Shown piece by piece: positions 56,753-64,000 of a stretch of DNA of 64,000 nucleotides; position 1 is the first letter of the stretch, and the number at the start of each line of letters is the position of its first letter. The stretch lies in the IMG/VR virus record IMGVR_UViG_3300044980_000048, positions 2,709 to 66,708 of that record; one strand, 5' to 3'. The stretch comes from a virus. A program made the position numbers and the translations under genes. The notes below the pieces were generated by a model. That model saw only the letters and a list, made by a program, of their open reading frames with translations, did no database searches and was not told the DNA's origin.

Positions 56753-57181
56753 ATGTACGAAGTACGCTCATATCTGACAACGGAAACATGCGAGGGTTAT
56801 TTCGATATGACTGAATGCCAAACGAAAAAGGATGCAATCGGACGCGCTAAACAAGCTCTTACGGAGGCTTATCAGATTGCCAATGAAGTGCCGGTTAAGT
56901 TGGTAACAATCGTCAAAGCCGGAACTGACGATGTAATTGAAGAGTTTCACTATGAAGATGCAGCGCAGCATTTTGAATACCCTCCGAAGACAAAACAAAA
57001 CGCAATCGACGCCTATATAGAAAAAACCGCCTATGCGAATGAATTGGTACAAATACTAAAAGACCGCATTGGGGATCACATGGGAACCGACCCGGACGAT
57101 ATTACATGGGCGCATGTCGGTACGCTTAACAAGGTGATTGCCGACACGAAAGAGATTCTTAAATTCATAAACGCAATATAA
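56753..57181 (+). CDS. Hypothetical protein
   Basis: AGGGG RBS; C-terminal DPDDITWAHVGTL. Confidence 0.6.
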   Translation: MYEVRSYLTTETCEGYFDMTECQTKKDAIGRAKQALTEAYQIANEVPVKLVTIVKAGTDDVIEEFHYEDAAQHFEYPPKTKQNAIDAYIEKTAYANELVQILKDRIGDHMGTDPDDITWAHVGTLNKVIADTKEILKFINAI

Positions 57182-57253
57182 TTAGCATCGCGTAAGCCAC
57201 TCTTGACGGGGTGGCTTATCGCTGGTAGTTATCGTACAAACTACGGGGTATAT

Positions 57254-57427
57254 ATGACCAAGGAAGAACTAATCGAGTTACGCAAAAAACTGCATATGAC
57301 GCAAGAAGAGTTCGCCCCATTGCTAGGCGTCAAGATGGATGCTCTATCGGCATGGGAGCGCGGTAAAACCCCAATAAGTCGCCCCTCTGAAATGCTGGCG
57401 TTGCAACTTAAAGAAGCTGCGGTGTAA
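57254..57427 (+). CDS. XRE-family HTH protein
   Basis: LRKKLHMTQEEFAPLLGV...WERGKTPI. Confidence 0.8.
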   Translation: MTKEELIELRKKLHMTQEEFAPLLGVKMDALSAWERGKTPISRPSEMLALQLKEAAV

Positions 57428-59156
57428 CTTCTTCATCTTCAAATATTACCTCGCCTATAGGCAATAAAATCGCACGGACTTTACACCCATGCGCGAAGTG
57501 CTCATTGCTCTTGCTAGGAATGGCAAACGTCAAGCGTTTAAGCGTTTGTTGCCAGTTATGAGGCCAGCGCGAATTTTTAAGAATTTCGGCAAGATGATTA
57601 TTGGCATTTGCAATATAAATAAAATTATCTTTCACCTTGATGCCAGTGTTACCTAGAATTGTTCTGCATTCCGCAATATTAGACCGTCCCTTGTGAACAC
57701 AATAGCACATTTCTGCAATGCTTAATTCTTCAAAGCCTCGCTCTTTCGGAACGCGCATTACATGCTGCATAATTTTATCTAAAAGCGAGTGCTGATCATT
57801 TGTCCCGTTCGCGTTTTCTTTCTCGGTGCTGAAAGTCAGATCGTCAATAATCCATTGCGCATCTTCTGGGGTGTATTCTTTGATTTCATAAAAGCTTTTA
57901 TGTCCGGCAAGCAATGCGCCATACTGATCGCCTAATCGCCTGTCACCTGTCTTTGCCTCAATCGCATGTGCAAAGGTTTTTGCGTTCGCCACTATCAAGG
58001 GAACGGCGGAAAATATACGCTGGTAAAGCGCCTGGACATATTCATCTGTAAGCAGGGTATCCATTTGCAAGGTCCATGCCTTATAGACATCACCTGCAAG
58101 TTTATTGCTTGATAGTTCAATATTAGTAAAGCGCGTGCGATCCGCTGTCTGTACAAGAGCAGAATTGATACTGCTTAAACAAAAGGGCGAGCGTATTTGA
58201 AAATTGAGCGCGTTTCCTGTCGGCGTACCTTTTACAATGCGGCTGTCATCGTCACTGCTTGCCTGCCTTGCGAGTGTAAGAATTGATTGCACGCGGCTAT
58301 GACTGGTAGCGTCTTCGCGCTCCGCTTCATCCATCACCACGGCAAGGCAATCAGCTTTAAGCGTTTGCCTTATACCTGCCTCTGTGCTTACGGATTTAAT
58401 ATAAAGGCAATTGTTAAGAAGTATTCGCTTGATGATGCCGCTCAATGTGGTCTTACCGCTTTGCGCTGCCCCTGTAAGCCAGATATGAGGCCGCCAAGGG
58501 AGGGCACCGCCTATCAAGGCGCACACAAGCCAGCCTGAAAGCCAGATCGCTTGCTCCGGTACTTCCCAATTTAATTGCTTTATGAGATCGGGAAATATCG
58601 CGCCTTGAACATCGCCAAGCGGATCGCATGTATCAAAACCTAACGCCTCGGCAAGTTCATAGACATGCTTCCCCGGTGTCAGGAATGGCTTATACTCAAT
58701 GCCTGCGATTGAAACCTTATCCCCGTAATGGATAACAAGCCCTTCTTTGTTAAGCCAAACGCCACGACCTCGGACGCGGTTTATATTGAAAATCCCTGCT
58801 TTCTGGCAAGATGCCATAAGCGAAGATGCAGCGGCGTTTTCGTCAAAGTCACCTTGCTTTGTCGTCGGGAAGTTACCAGCCCAATAGGTATTAGGCGCAA
58901 GGCGGTATAGGTTCTTTTTGCCATGCGATCCCGCGCCAAGCGCAACAACTGCTTGCTCCCCGCGTGAATAGTAGTAATAGATGCCTACGCCTCCTGCTGA
59001 ATAACCTAAACACCTATAAGGGGGCGGCTCTACTGCTGCCCGTTGTTCCGGTGTTTCAGCAGGCGTGTCTTTTTCTTCAGCGGGAGCGGATTTTGTCGCC
59101 TTAGCTTTTCGCGGTTTCTTAGGCTTCTCTTCTTTGATTTCTAGGACTTCGGCCAC
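57408..59156 (-). CDS. Replicative helicase/ATPase (DUF927/P4-alpha-like), no primase domain
   Basis: LPWRPHIWLTGAAQSGKT (Walker A), VMDEAE (Walker B), ADRTRF. Confidence 0.8.
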   Translation of the reverse strand: MAEVLEIKEEKPKKPRKAKATKSAPAEEKDTPAETPEQRAAVEPPPYRCLGYSAGGVGIYYYYSRGEQAVVALGAGSHGKKNLYRLAPNTYWAGNFPTTKQGDFDENAAASSLMASCQKAGIFNINRVRGRGVWLNKEGLVIHYGDKVSIAGIEYKPFLTPGKHVYELAEALGFDTCDPLGDVQGAIFPDLIKQLNWEVPEQAIWLSGWLVCALIGGALPWRPHIWLTGAAQSGKTTLSGIIKRILLNNCLYIKSVSTEAGIRQTLKADCLAVVMDEAEREDATSHSRVQSILTLARQASSDDDSRIVKGTPTGNALNFQIRSPFCLSSINSALVQTADRTRFTNIELSSNKLAGDVYKAWTLQMDTLLTDEYVQALYQRIFSAVPLIVANAKTFAHAIEAKTGDRRLGDQYGALLAGHKSFYEIKEYTPEDAQWIIDDLTFSTEKENANGTNDQHSLLDKIMQHVMRVPKERGFEELSIAEMCYCVHKGRSNIAECRTILGNTGIKVKDNFIYIANANNHLAEILKNSRWPHNWQQTLKRLTFAIPSKSNEHFAHGCKVRAILLPIGEVIFEDEEVTPQLL

Positions 59157-59157
59157 A

Positions 59158-59484
59158 TTATGCGCCTTTTGATAAAGACGCCATCATATAAGGCTTGAAT
59201 AATCGGATCATCTCTTGGCAAAATGTTCGGACTTTCGTAAGCTTTTCCAATGAGACATATTCAGGAGTAGGGAAGCAATCCAAAGCAAAGAGGATGCCTA
59301 ATAGCATTCCATAAACTGCATCTTTGTTCCCAAGTAAAAAATCGGCATCCTTATATTTCGGAATTGCATCCATGATAATCGTTTTAAGATCACCAAGGCT
59401 ATGCTCAATATCCCTGATATGATAAAACTCTTCGCTTGCTGAAACGAAACTGATCCAGAAAGTCTTAAATTCGTCAAAATCCAT
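59158..59484 (-). CDS. Hypothetical protein
   Basis: 108 aa, GGGG RBS. Confidence 0.55.
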   Translation of the reverse strand: MDFDEFKTFWISFVSASEEFYHIRDIEHSLGDLKTIIMDAIPKYKDADFLLGNKDAVYGMLLGILFALDCFPTPEYVSLEKLTKVRTFCQEMIRLFKPYMMASLSKGA

Positions 59485-59499
59485 AATACTACCCCAATT

Positions 59500-59673
59500 T
59501 CATACTGATTTTGCGATAGCGCCATCAATGCCGCAACCAAAGCAATGATAATGTTCTAAGCTTTTATCAACTGTGAAAGAGGGAGTTTTCTCAGAATGGA
59601 AAGGACATAAGCCGATATATTCTTTGCCGTGTTTGGTGATTTCTACTTTTTTACCTTGAATTGTAATTTTCAT
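59500..59673 (-). CDS. Stand-alone CHC2 primase zinc finger
   Basis: GLCPFHSEKTPSFTV...YHCFGCG in a 57-aa ORF. Confidence 0.75.
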   Translation of the reverse strand: MKITIQGKKVEITKHGKEYIGLCPFHSEKTPSFTVDKSLEHYHCFGCGIDGAIAKSV

Positions 59674-59890
59674 TTGAATGATCCCTTTTGGTGGGATGCC
59701 ACAGGCAGCGCGATTGGGGCCGCGACTAACTATCCTGCGACACCCCATAAAGATTAAGCTGAGTGAGATTTTCCATAATGCCCCAATTTCATTACAGCAA
59801 AAACGCTACGCTTGATTTAAGTCAAATGCAAGGTACAAATGATACCGCACCGCAGCAAAGTGCAGTTGCGATCAACGATTCAGATAATGG

Positions 59891-60133
59891 TTATGAATCT
59901 TGGAAAGGTATCTCAGAAAGCTTATGAGCCGTGACAGCCGCAACTAATGCTTTGCCGTATTCATGCGTTTCATGATAGCCGCAATCGCATCGCACGCTAA
60001 TTTTCCCGTTCCATTGGTCATCACTTAATCCAGCGCATTGCTTGCATGATGGACATTCAAAAAGAAACTTTCGCGTCTTACCGTCCATAATGGTGCGGAA
60101 ACGGCAAAGCGCTGATGGTATAAACTGGCTCAT
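59891..60133 (-). CDS. Zinc-ribbon protein
   Basis: CPSC...CDCGYHE. Confidence 0.6.
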   Translation of the reverse strand: MSQFIPSALCRFRTIMDGKTRKFLFECPSCKQCAGLSDDQWNGKISVRCDCGYHETHEYGKALVAAVTAHKLSEIPFQDS

Positions 60134-60507
60134 GCTGCTGCCCTATGAATAATCACAACGTGCTTATACAATGGCTTCTTGCGAGCGAATACAAGCTGAT
60201 TCTTGCTTTCTGCCAGTATGCGGTCAACAGTCATTGAAACGATGTTGTAGCCCATACGCCTGAGTCTTTCCTGCTCATTTGCTGAGAACCACTTATTTAT
60301 TTCTGGCAGTGTTCTTACTGCCGATCCGTAATGCTCGCCGGGAAAACCTAGGCGTTCCACTAAATCATGGCCAAATTCTTCTATCCATGTTGGCATCGCC
60401 TCAACGCCGGGGACAAAGAATTCATCACTCCATATAGCAGAAAATCCCGGTTTGAATTGCCCGCGCCCTTCATGATCTTGAATACGATATACGCTTATGT
60501 TTCCCAT
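60130..60507 (-). CDS. Conserved phage hypothetical protein
   Basis: VYRIQDHEGRG...KWF. Confidence 0.6.
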   Translation of the reverse strand: MGNISVYRIQDHEGRGQFKPGFSAIWSDEFFVPGVEAMPTWIEEFGHDLVERLGFPGEHYGSAVRTLPEINKWFSANEQERLRRMGYNIVSMTVDRILAESKNQLVFARKKPLYKHVVIIHRAAA

Positions 60508-60531
60508 ATAGGTATTTCTGTTTGTATTCTA

Positions 60532-60723
60532 TTACTCATCATCCTGCTTCACATGCCCGCGTAACCGGCGTATCTCGGCAAGCGCCAGTCCTAGACCTTC
60601 CACAAGCGTCAAGATGTTTTTTTCCAGCGTATCTAATCGCTCACAGATATTTGTAATATCCTGATAAGCGTTAGACACCGTATATTCAGGCGGTGCGGCG
60701 GAAAGACTAAGCGGGATTTTCAT
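60532..60723 (-). CDS. Hypothetical coiled-coil protein
   Basis: ATGA-coupled start MKIPLS. Confidence 0.5.
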   Translation of the reverse strand: MKIPLSLSAAPPEYTVSNAYQDITNICERLDTLEKNILTLVEGLGLALAEIRRLRGHVKQDDE

Positions 60724-60857
60724 AGTATCTGCACCCCGCGCTCTTGGGCTGCCATGTAGCCTTGTAGATACCATTGGCGATCATGCCAGTCAGGAAATGG
60801 GCATTTGCATGCACGTTTCATCATGTAATCGGTTTCGCCATGTCTATATGCTTTCAT
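60720..60857 (-). CDS. Rmf/CrpP-like 45-aa peptide (below track cutoff)
   Basis: AYRHG...CPF...RQWYLQGY; ATGA-coupled on both sides. Confidence 0.55.
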   Translation of the reverse strand: MKAYRHGETDYMMKRACKCPFPDWHDRQWYLQGYMAAQERGVQIL

Positions 60858-61075
60858 AACTTCTCCGATGAAATAGTACAGTTGTGCGACTGCGCCTCGC
60901 GGAATATGGCATCCTCTAAGAGTTTGCGGGCCAGAGCCGCCATAGTCATATTGTGTTTAGCCGCGCAAGTCTTCAAAGCGCGATTACTGGATTGTTTTAT
61001 CCATACTATACGCTTTACCTCGGCGGGAATGAATTTCTCTTCCCCTGAGCGGCCTATTGCGAGCGGTGGGATCAT
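60854..61075 (-). CDS. Ribbon-helix-helix-like protein
   Basis: IVWIK...ALKTCAAKHNMTMAALARKLLEDAI. Confidence 0.55.
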   Translation of the reverse strand: MIPPLAIGRSGEEKFIPAEVKRIVWIKQSSNRALKTCAAKHNMTMAALARKLLEDAIFREAQSHNCTISSEKL

Positions 61076-61196
61076 GAGAACCTGCCTCCCTTGCGCTTCT
61101 GCTGGCGTTTACGGACATGAAGGGGATTAGAGCGACCTCCCTCCCACATGCCCGCGAAGAACACCAACAGGCAGAAGCATATCCACGGGAAAAGCA

Positions 61197-61547
61197 TTAT
61201 CCCTCCGCCATATCAGACGCACTTGAAGCATACCGCAGCGGCGAATTATAAGCCCGGTGATACGTGCCTTTTTCGTCGTTCGTTTCCGCGTCCTCGAACT
61301 GCATCACAGGCCAAGGGCGCTTTTGCTCCGGTATATATCTGCCCGCAATGCTAGGGCCATCCTTGCAATAATTATCCTTTGCGTTTCTGGTTTTCCCGGC
61401 AGGATTAGGATTGCAGCTAGAGCATCTATGTCCGCGCACGTAATACATATGACCGCCACAGAGCATACACGGCTTGCTTTTGAAGTAGGAAGCATCGCCA
61501 GCGAGTTTTGCTTCGGTGAAGCCGCGTTTTACGAGGGGAATTATCAT
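61197..61547 (-). CDS. Zinc-binding hypothetical protein
   Basis: YFKSKPCMLCG...CSSC. Confidence 0.55.
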   Translation of the reverse strand: MIIPLVKRGFTEAKLAGDASYFKSKPCMLCGGHMYYVRGHRCSSCNPNPAGKTRNAKDNYCKDGPSIAGRYIPEQKRPWPVMQFEDAETNDEKGTYHRAYNSPLRYASSASDMAEG

Positions 61548-61975
61548 GCGAGTATTTCCGCCTTTCGCTTCTCTATGTCTTCAACGCTGTAAAAAAGTAT
61601 GTAGATTCCGCCGTGGCTTTCGACTTTCTTCTGGTGCTCAATCTGGTATTCGCTTTGCTTATTATTTCCGTATTTTCCTTCCCCTTCGATGTAGGTTCCG
61701 CGTGGTGTCATGCCGACTATATCTCCGCTCCCTGTTTTGCCGTAGCGTATAACCCGCTCACTATCCTGATAAGGCTTGAATGCCCCTGTCTTATTTTTCC
61801 ATACATAGCAGCCAAGCAAGCGAAGATAATCTAACCCGGCATTTACAACCGCGTTCTCTGGCTGGCCCTTTTTACCCTTGCACGGTGCTTTCGGCTTACG
61901 CGGATCGCCTTTTGCCGTATTCTTAAAAGACGCCTCGTAGGCAGCTTGCACGCGCTTTTTATATTCGTCATCCAT
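61544..61975 (-). CDS. VRR-NUC-like PD-(D/E)xK nuclease
   Basis: WKNKTG...GSGDIVG...IEGEGK...QSEYQ...GGIY. Confidence 0.75.
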   Translation of the reverse strand: MDDEYKKRVQAAYEASFKNTAKGDPRKPKAPCKGKKGQPENAVVNAGLDYLRLLGCYVWKNKTGAFKPYQDSERVIRYGKTGSGDIVGMTPRGTYIEGEGKYGNNKQSEYQIEHQKKVESHGGIYILFYSVEDIEKRKAEILA

Positions 61976-62144
61976 TATCACGTGCCTTTTTAAGAAAATT
62001 GGCAAGCCATTCACTACGGGATTTATGTCCTGCTTTGGTTGCATTAGTAGCGATCCATGCGATAATACTATCTGGAAGATTATATGAAACTGGCGAGTAT
62101 TTTTCTTTTATTTGGCTGTTTTCTGCGGTCTTTGGCTTGTTCAT
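61968..62144 (-). CDS. Ribbon-helix-helix regulator
   Basis: VSYNLPDSIIAWI...SRSEWLANFL. Confidence 0.6.
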   Translation of the reverse strand: MNKPKTAENSQIKEKYSPVSYNLPDSIIAWIATNATKAGHKSRSEWLANFLKKARDNG

Positions 62145-62163
62145 AAGATTTCTGAAAATAATT

Positions 62164-62214
62164 GTTGCGCTTCGTAATTTTTCTGATAATATCACAAATA
62201 TTACGAAAGTCAAC
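62164..62214. promoter_or_regulatory. Symmetric pair of overlapping divergent sigma70-like promoters/operator
   Basis: + strand TTGCGC-16-TAATAT; - strand TTGACT-16-TATTAT; both with TGn and TTCGTAAT half-sites. Confidence 0.6.
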
Positions 62215-62248
62215 CGGCCATAAAGGCCACAACGAATAGGGGAATGAT

Positions 62249-62440
62249 ATGACAAACCGCATATACCCATCATATACCACCAAGCAGTTGAAAGAAATTG
62301 TTGCAGTGGGCAACCTCTCGGACGATATGACCGCTCAAATGAATGCAGAGATTGAGGCCCGCGAATCCGGCTTGTCCGTAACGAAAGTCACGCCTCAGAT
62401 TATGGGTGGCATCGTTCAGGCCAAAGTTGGAAGGCTCTAA
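62249..62440 (+). CDS. Hypothetical early protein
   Basis: GGGGA RBS; first rightward gene. Confidence 0.65.
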   Translation: MTNRIYPSYTTKQLKEIVAVGNLSDDMTAQMNAEIEARESGLSVTKVTPQIMGGIVQAKVGRL

Positions 62441-62442
62441 TT

Positions 62443-62721
62443 ATGACAAATTTAAACACAATCAATGCCGAGTTAAACTCTTTGCCTTGGGAACCTGCAT
62501 TAGAAAACCGCATTGTTAACGTAGGGTTGCGCTTTAACCATGCCCGCGTCCTCGACACGGCTAAATTTGATGGCAAGACCCCACAGCTTTACGAGGTCAC
62601 GAAGATAGCAAGGGGAACTATTTGGTACGCTCCGATCTATGACGCTGGCATTGCCGGAAGCGAAAGGCGCGGTAAGTCTGAGCATTGCCAGCTTGATTAC
62701 TTTTATAAAATTGCAAAATAA
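62443..62721 (+). CDS. Hypothetical early protein
   Basis: Tightly packed ORF. Confidence 0.6.
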   Translation: MTNLNTINAELNSLPWEPALENRIVNVGLRFNHARVLDTAKFDGKTPQLYEVTKIARGTIWYAPIYDAGIAGSERRGKSEHCQLDYFYKIAK

Positions 62722-62727
62722 GGATCA

Positions 62728-62910
62728 GTGAAAATGCGATACACAAAAGAACAGGTCGAGAAAGTTCATGATGCAATAGTGGAATTTTCTCACGAATTAG
62801 ATGAGATTTTCGGCTATCCACACAGCGTCAAAGCGTTTCCTAGCAAGTTTTTATACGAACTTGAACGCATGGTTATAAATGGCATTTCCAAAGTTCAGGA
62901 GACTGCATAA
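62728..62910 (+). CDS. Hypothetical early protein
   Basis: AAGGA RBS. Confidence 0.5.
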   Translation: MKMRYTKEQVEKVHDAIVEFSHELDEIFGYPHSVKAFPSKFLYELERMVINGISKVQETA

Positions 62911-63185
62911 TGGCAAAGCACACACAAGGCGAATGGAAAAGAAAAACCATCGGCAATGACGTTGTGATCTATTCCGGCGATTATTACGGCGCTGAGGATA
63001 GCTTTACGGTGGCGGTGTTTAAAGATGCCACAGAAGAAGATAAAGCAAACGCCGCCATAATATCCTACGCGCCATTGCTTCTGAAGCATCTTAAGCACTT
63101 GGCGGGCGCGTGTGAACGTTTTGCCCCGCAGATACTTACCGACGAAGCAAACGCTGTAATTAATGCTGTGGAGATCGAAGCATGA
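62910..63185 (+). CDS. Conserved phage protein (HTxGxW...ANA.I..AP family)
   Basis: KHTQGEW...ANAAIISYAPLLL. Confidence 0.7.
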   Translation: MAKHTQGEWKRKTIGNDVVIYSGDYYGAEDSFTVAVFKDATEEDKANAAIISYAPLLLKHLKHLAGACERFAPQILTDEANAVINAVEIEA

Positions 63186-63382
63186 CTCATTCAGGCGGCG
63201 AACTTCATAACGTGGGCGATAAAGGGCAACGTTACGCGGTATTTTATCAGAAAACAGAAGAGTCGGCGTTTGAGCCTTTCGGATATTCCGACACTTATGA
63301 GGGAGCGCGGCAGATGCTCGACTCAATCGCATTGTGGCCTGCCGCTCGTGCCGGAATGTTTGTTGATAGAGATTCAAATTAA
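63182..63382 (+). CDS. Hypothetical early protein
   Basis: ATGA coupling. Confidence 0.55.
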   Translation: MTHSGGELHNVGDKGQRYAVFYQKTEESAFEPFGYSDTYEGARQMLDSIALWPAARAGMFVDRDSN

Positions 63383-63407
63383 CCCAACCGAGCGAGGAGT
63401 AGAGTAA

Positions 63408-64000
63408 ATGGCCAAAGCCAAAAAGAAGACCGAAGAATCTGCCATTACCGCTCCTGCGCAGGTAATAACGGCATATAAAGGTTTTAAAATCGGTATGACT
63501 TGCCAACCGCAAGGGGTTTCTGAGCCTTTTAAATTCGAGGTAGGCGGAAGTTATGAGCATGCTGGCGCTGTCAAAGCTTGTAATTCCGGATTTCACGCCT
63601 GCGAATATCCCTTAGATGTTTTTGGTTATTATGAACCCACATTATCTGAATATGCGCTTGTCGAGCAAAGTGGCACGATAGATAAAAATGAAAGTGATTC
63701 AAAAGTTGCCAGTTCGCATATAAGCGTCAAAGCCAAACTCAGTCTTGGCGATTTAATTAAGGCGGCGATAGATTTTACGTTTAGCCGGGTAAAAGATACC
63801 GGAGCGGCCAGCAACAGCGGCGACTACGGAGCGGCCAGCAACAGCGGCGACTACGGAGCGGCCAGCAACAGCGGCACTCGCGGAGCGGCCAGCAACAGCG
63901 GCACTCGCGGAGCGGCCAGCAACAGCGGCGACTACGGAGCGGCCAGCAACAGCGGCACTCGCGGAGCGGCCAGCAACAGCGGCACTCGCGGAGCGGCCAG
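63408..64000 (+). CDS. DUF7666-like phage protein with GAASNSG(DY/TR) repeats, 3'-truncated
   Basis: GAGGAG RBS; AYKGF...CNSGFHACEYPLDVFGYY...DSKVAS; runs off the window. Confidence 0.8.
   Translation, partial: MAKAKKKTEESAITAPAQVITAYKGFKIGMTCQPQGVSEPFKFEVGGSYEHAGAVKACNSGFHACEYPLDVFGYYEPTLSEYALVEQSGTIDKNESDSKVASSHISVKAKLSLGDLIKAAIDFTFSRVKDTGAASNSGDYGAASNSGDYGAASNSGTRGAASNSGTRGAASNSGDYGAASNSGTRGAASNSGTRGAA
63801..64000 (+). repeat. Coding 27-bp tandem repeat
   Basis: GGAGCGGCCAGCAACAGCGGC plus GACTAC or ACTCGC; 7 full copies and one partial. Confidence 0.95.

Noticed and set aside
63801-64000. CRISPR-like array
   Set aside because: The variable part is only 6 nt with two alleles, the unit is an in-frame 9-aa repeat of a CDS, and no cas genes are present.
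1-64000. tRNA, rRNA, IS elements, reverse transcriptase/DGR
   Set aside because: No cloverleaf with T-loop consensus, transposase, RT motif or TR/VR pair was seen by eye; tRNAscan-SE and HMM searches would confirm.

Overview
The window looks like most of one tailed-phage genome with a podovirus-type (P22-like) layout. Both ends cut + strand early genes. The host is probably a Proteobacterium, possibly Alphaproteobacteria (inference). Layout: 1-11.9 kb, + strand early/recombination genes (ERF, YqaJ, DEDDh, ASCH, SLOG, C5 methylase, Lar-like), interrupted by an antisense tyrosine recombinase. 11.9-55 kb, a long - strand late unit: terS, a 10.5-kb nucleotide-sugar/glycosyltransferase cassette, terL, portal, GroES, scaffold, capsid, tail, ejection proteins, fibres, lysis. 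55.0-55.4 kb, an iteron-like origin. 55.4-64 kb, DUF932, helicase, small regulators and a divergent promoter switch. Main unexplained signals: (1) five hairpins with different stems but an identical G-GCGCU-C pentaloop at late-gene starts; (2) a virion-glycan-like pathway whose four + strand genes are bracketed by a perfect 10-bp inverted repeat, so that flipping them makes the whole cassette co-oriented; (3) a CCC-UGA-C +1 frameshift candidate; (4) a recurrent x-[A/K]-x-G-G tag in putative internal virion proteins; (5) a dif-like site. All product calls come from motif recognition by eye; no database searches were run.
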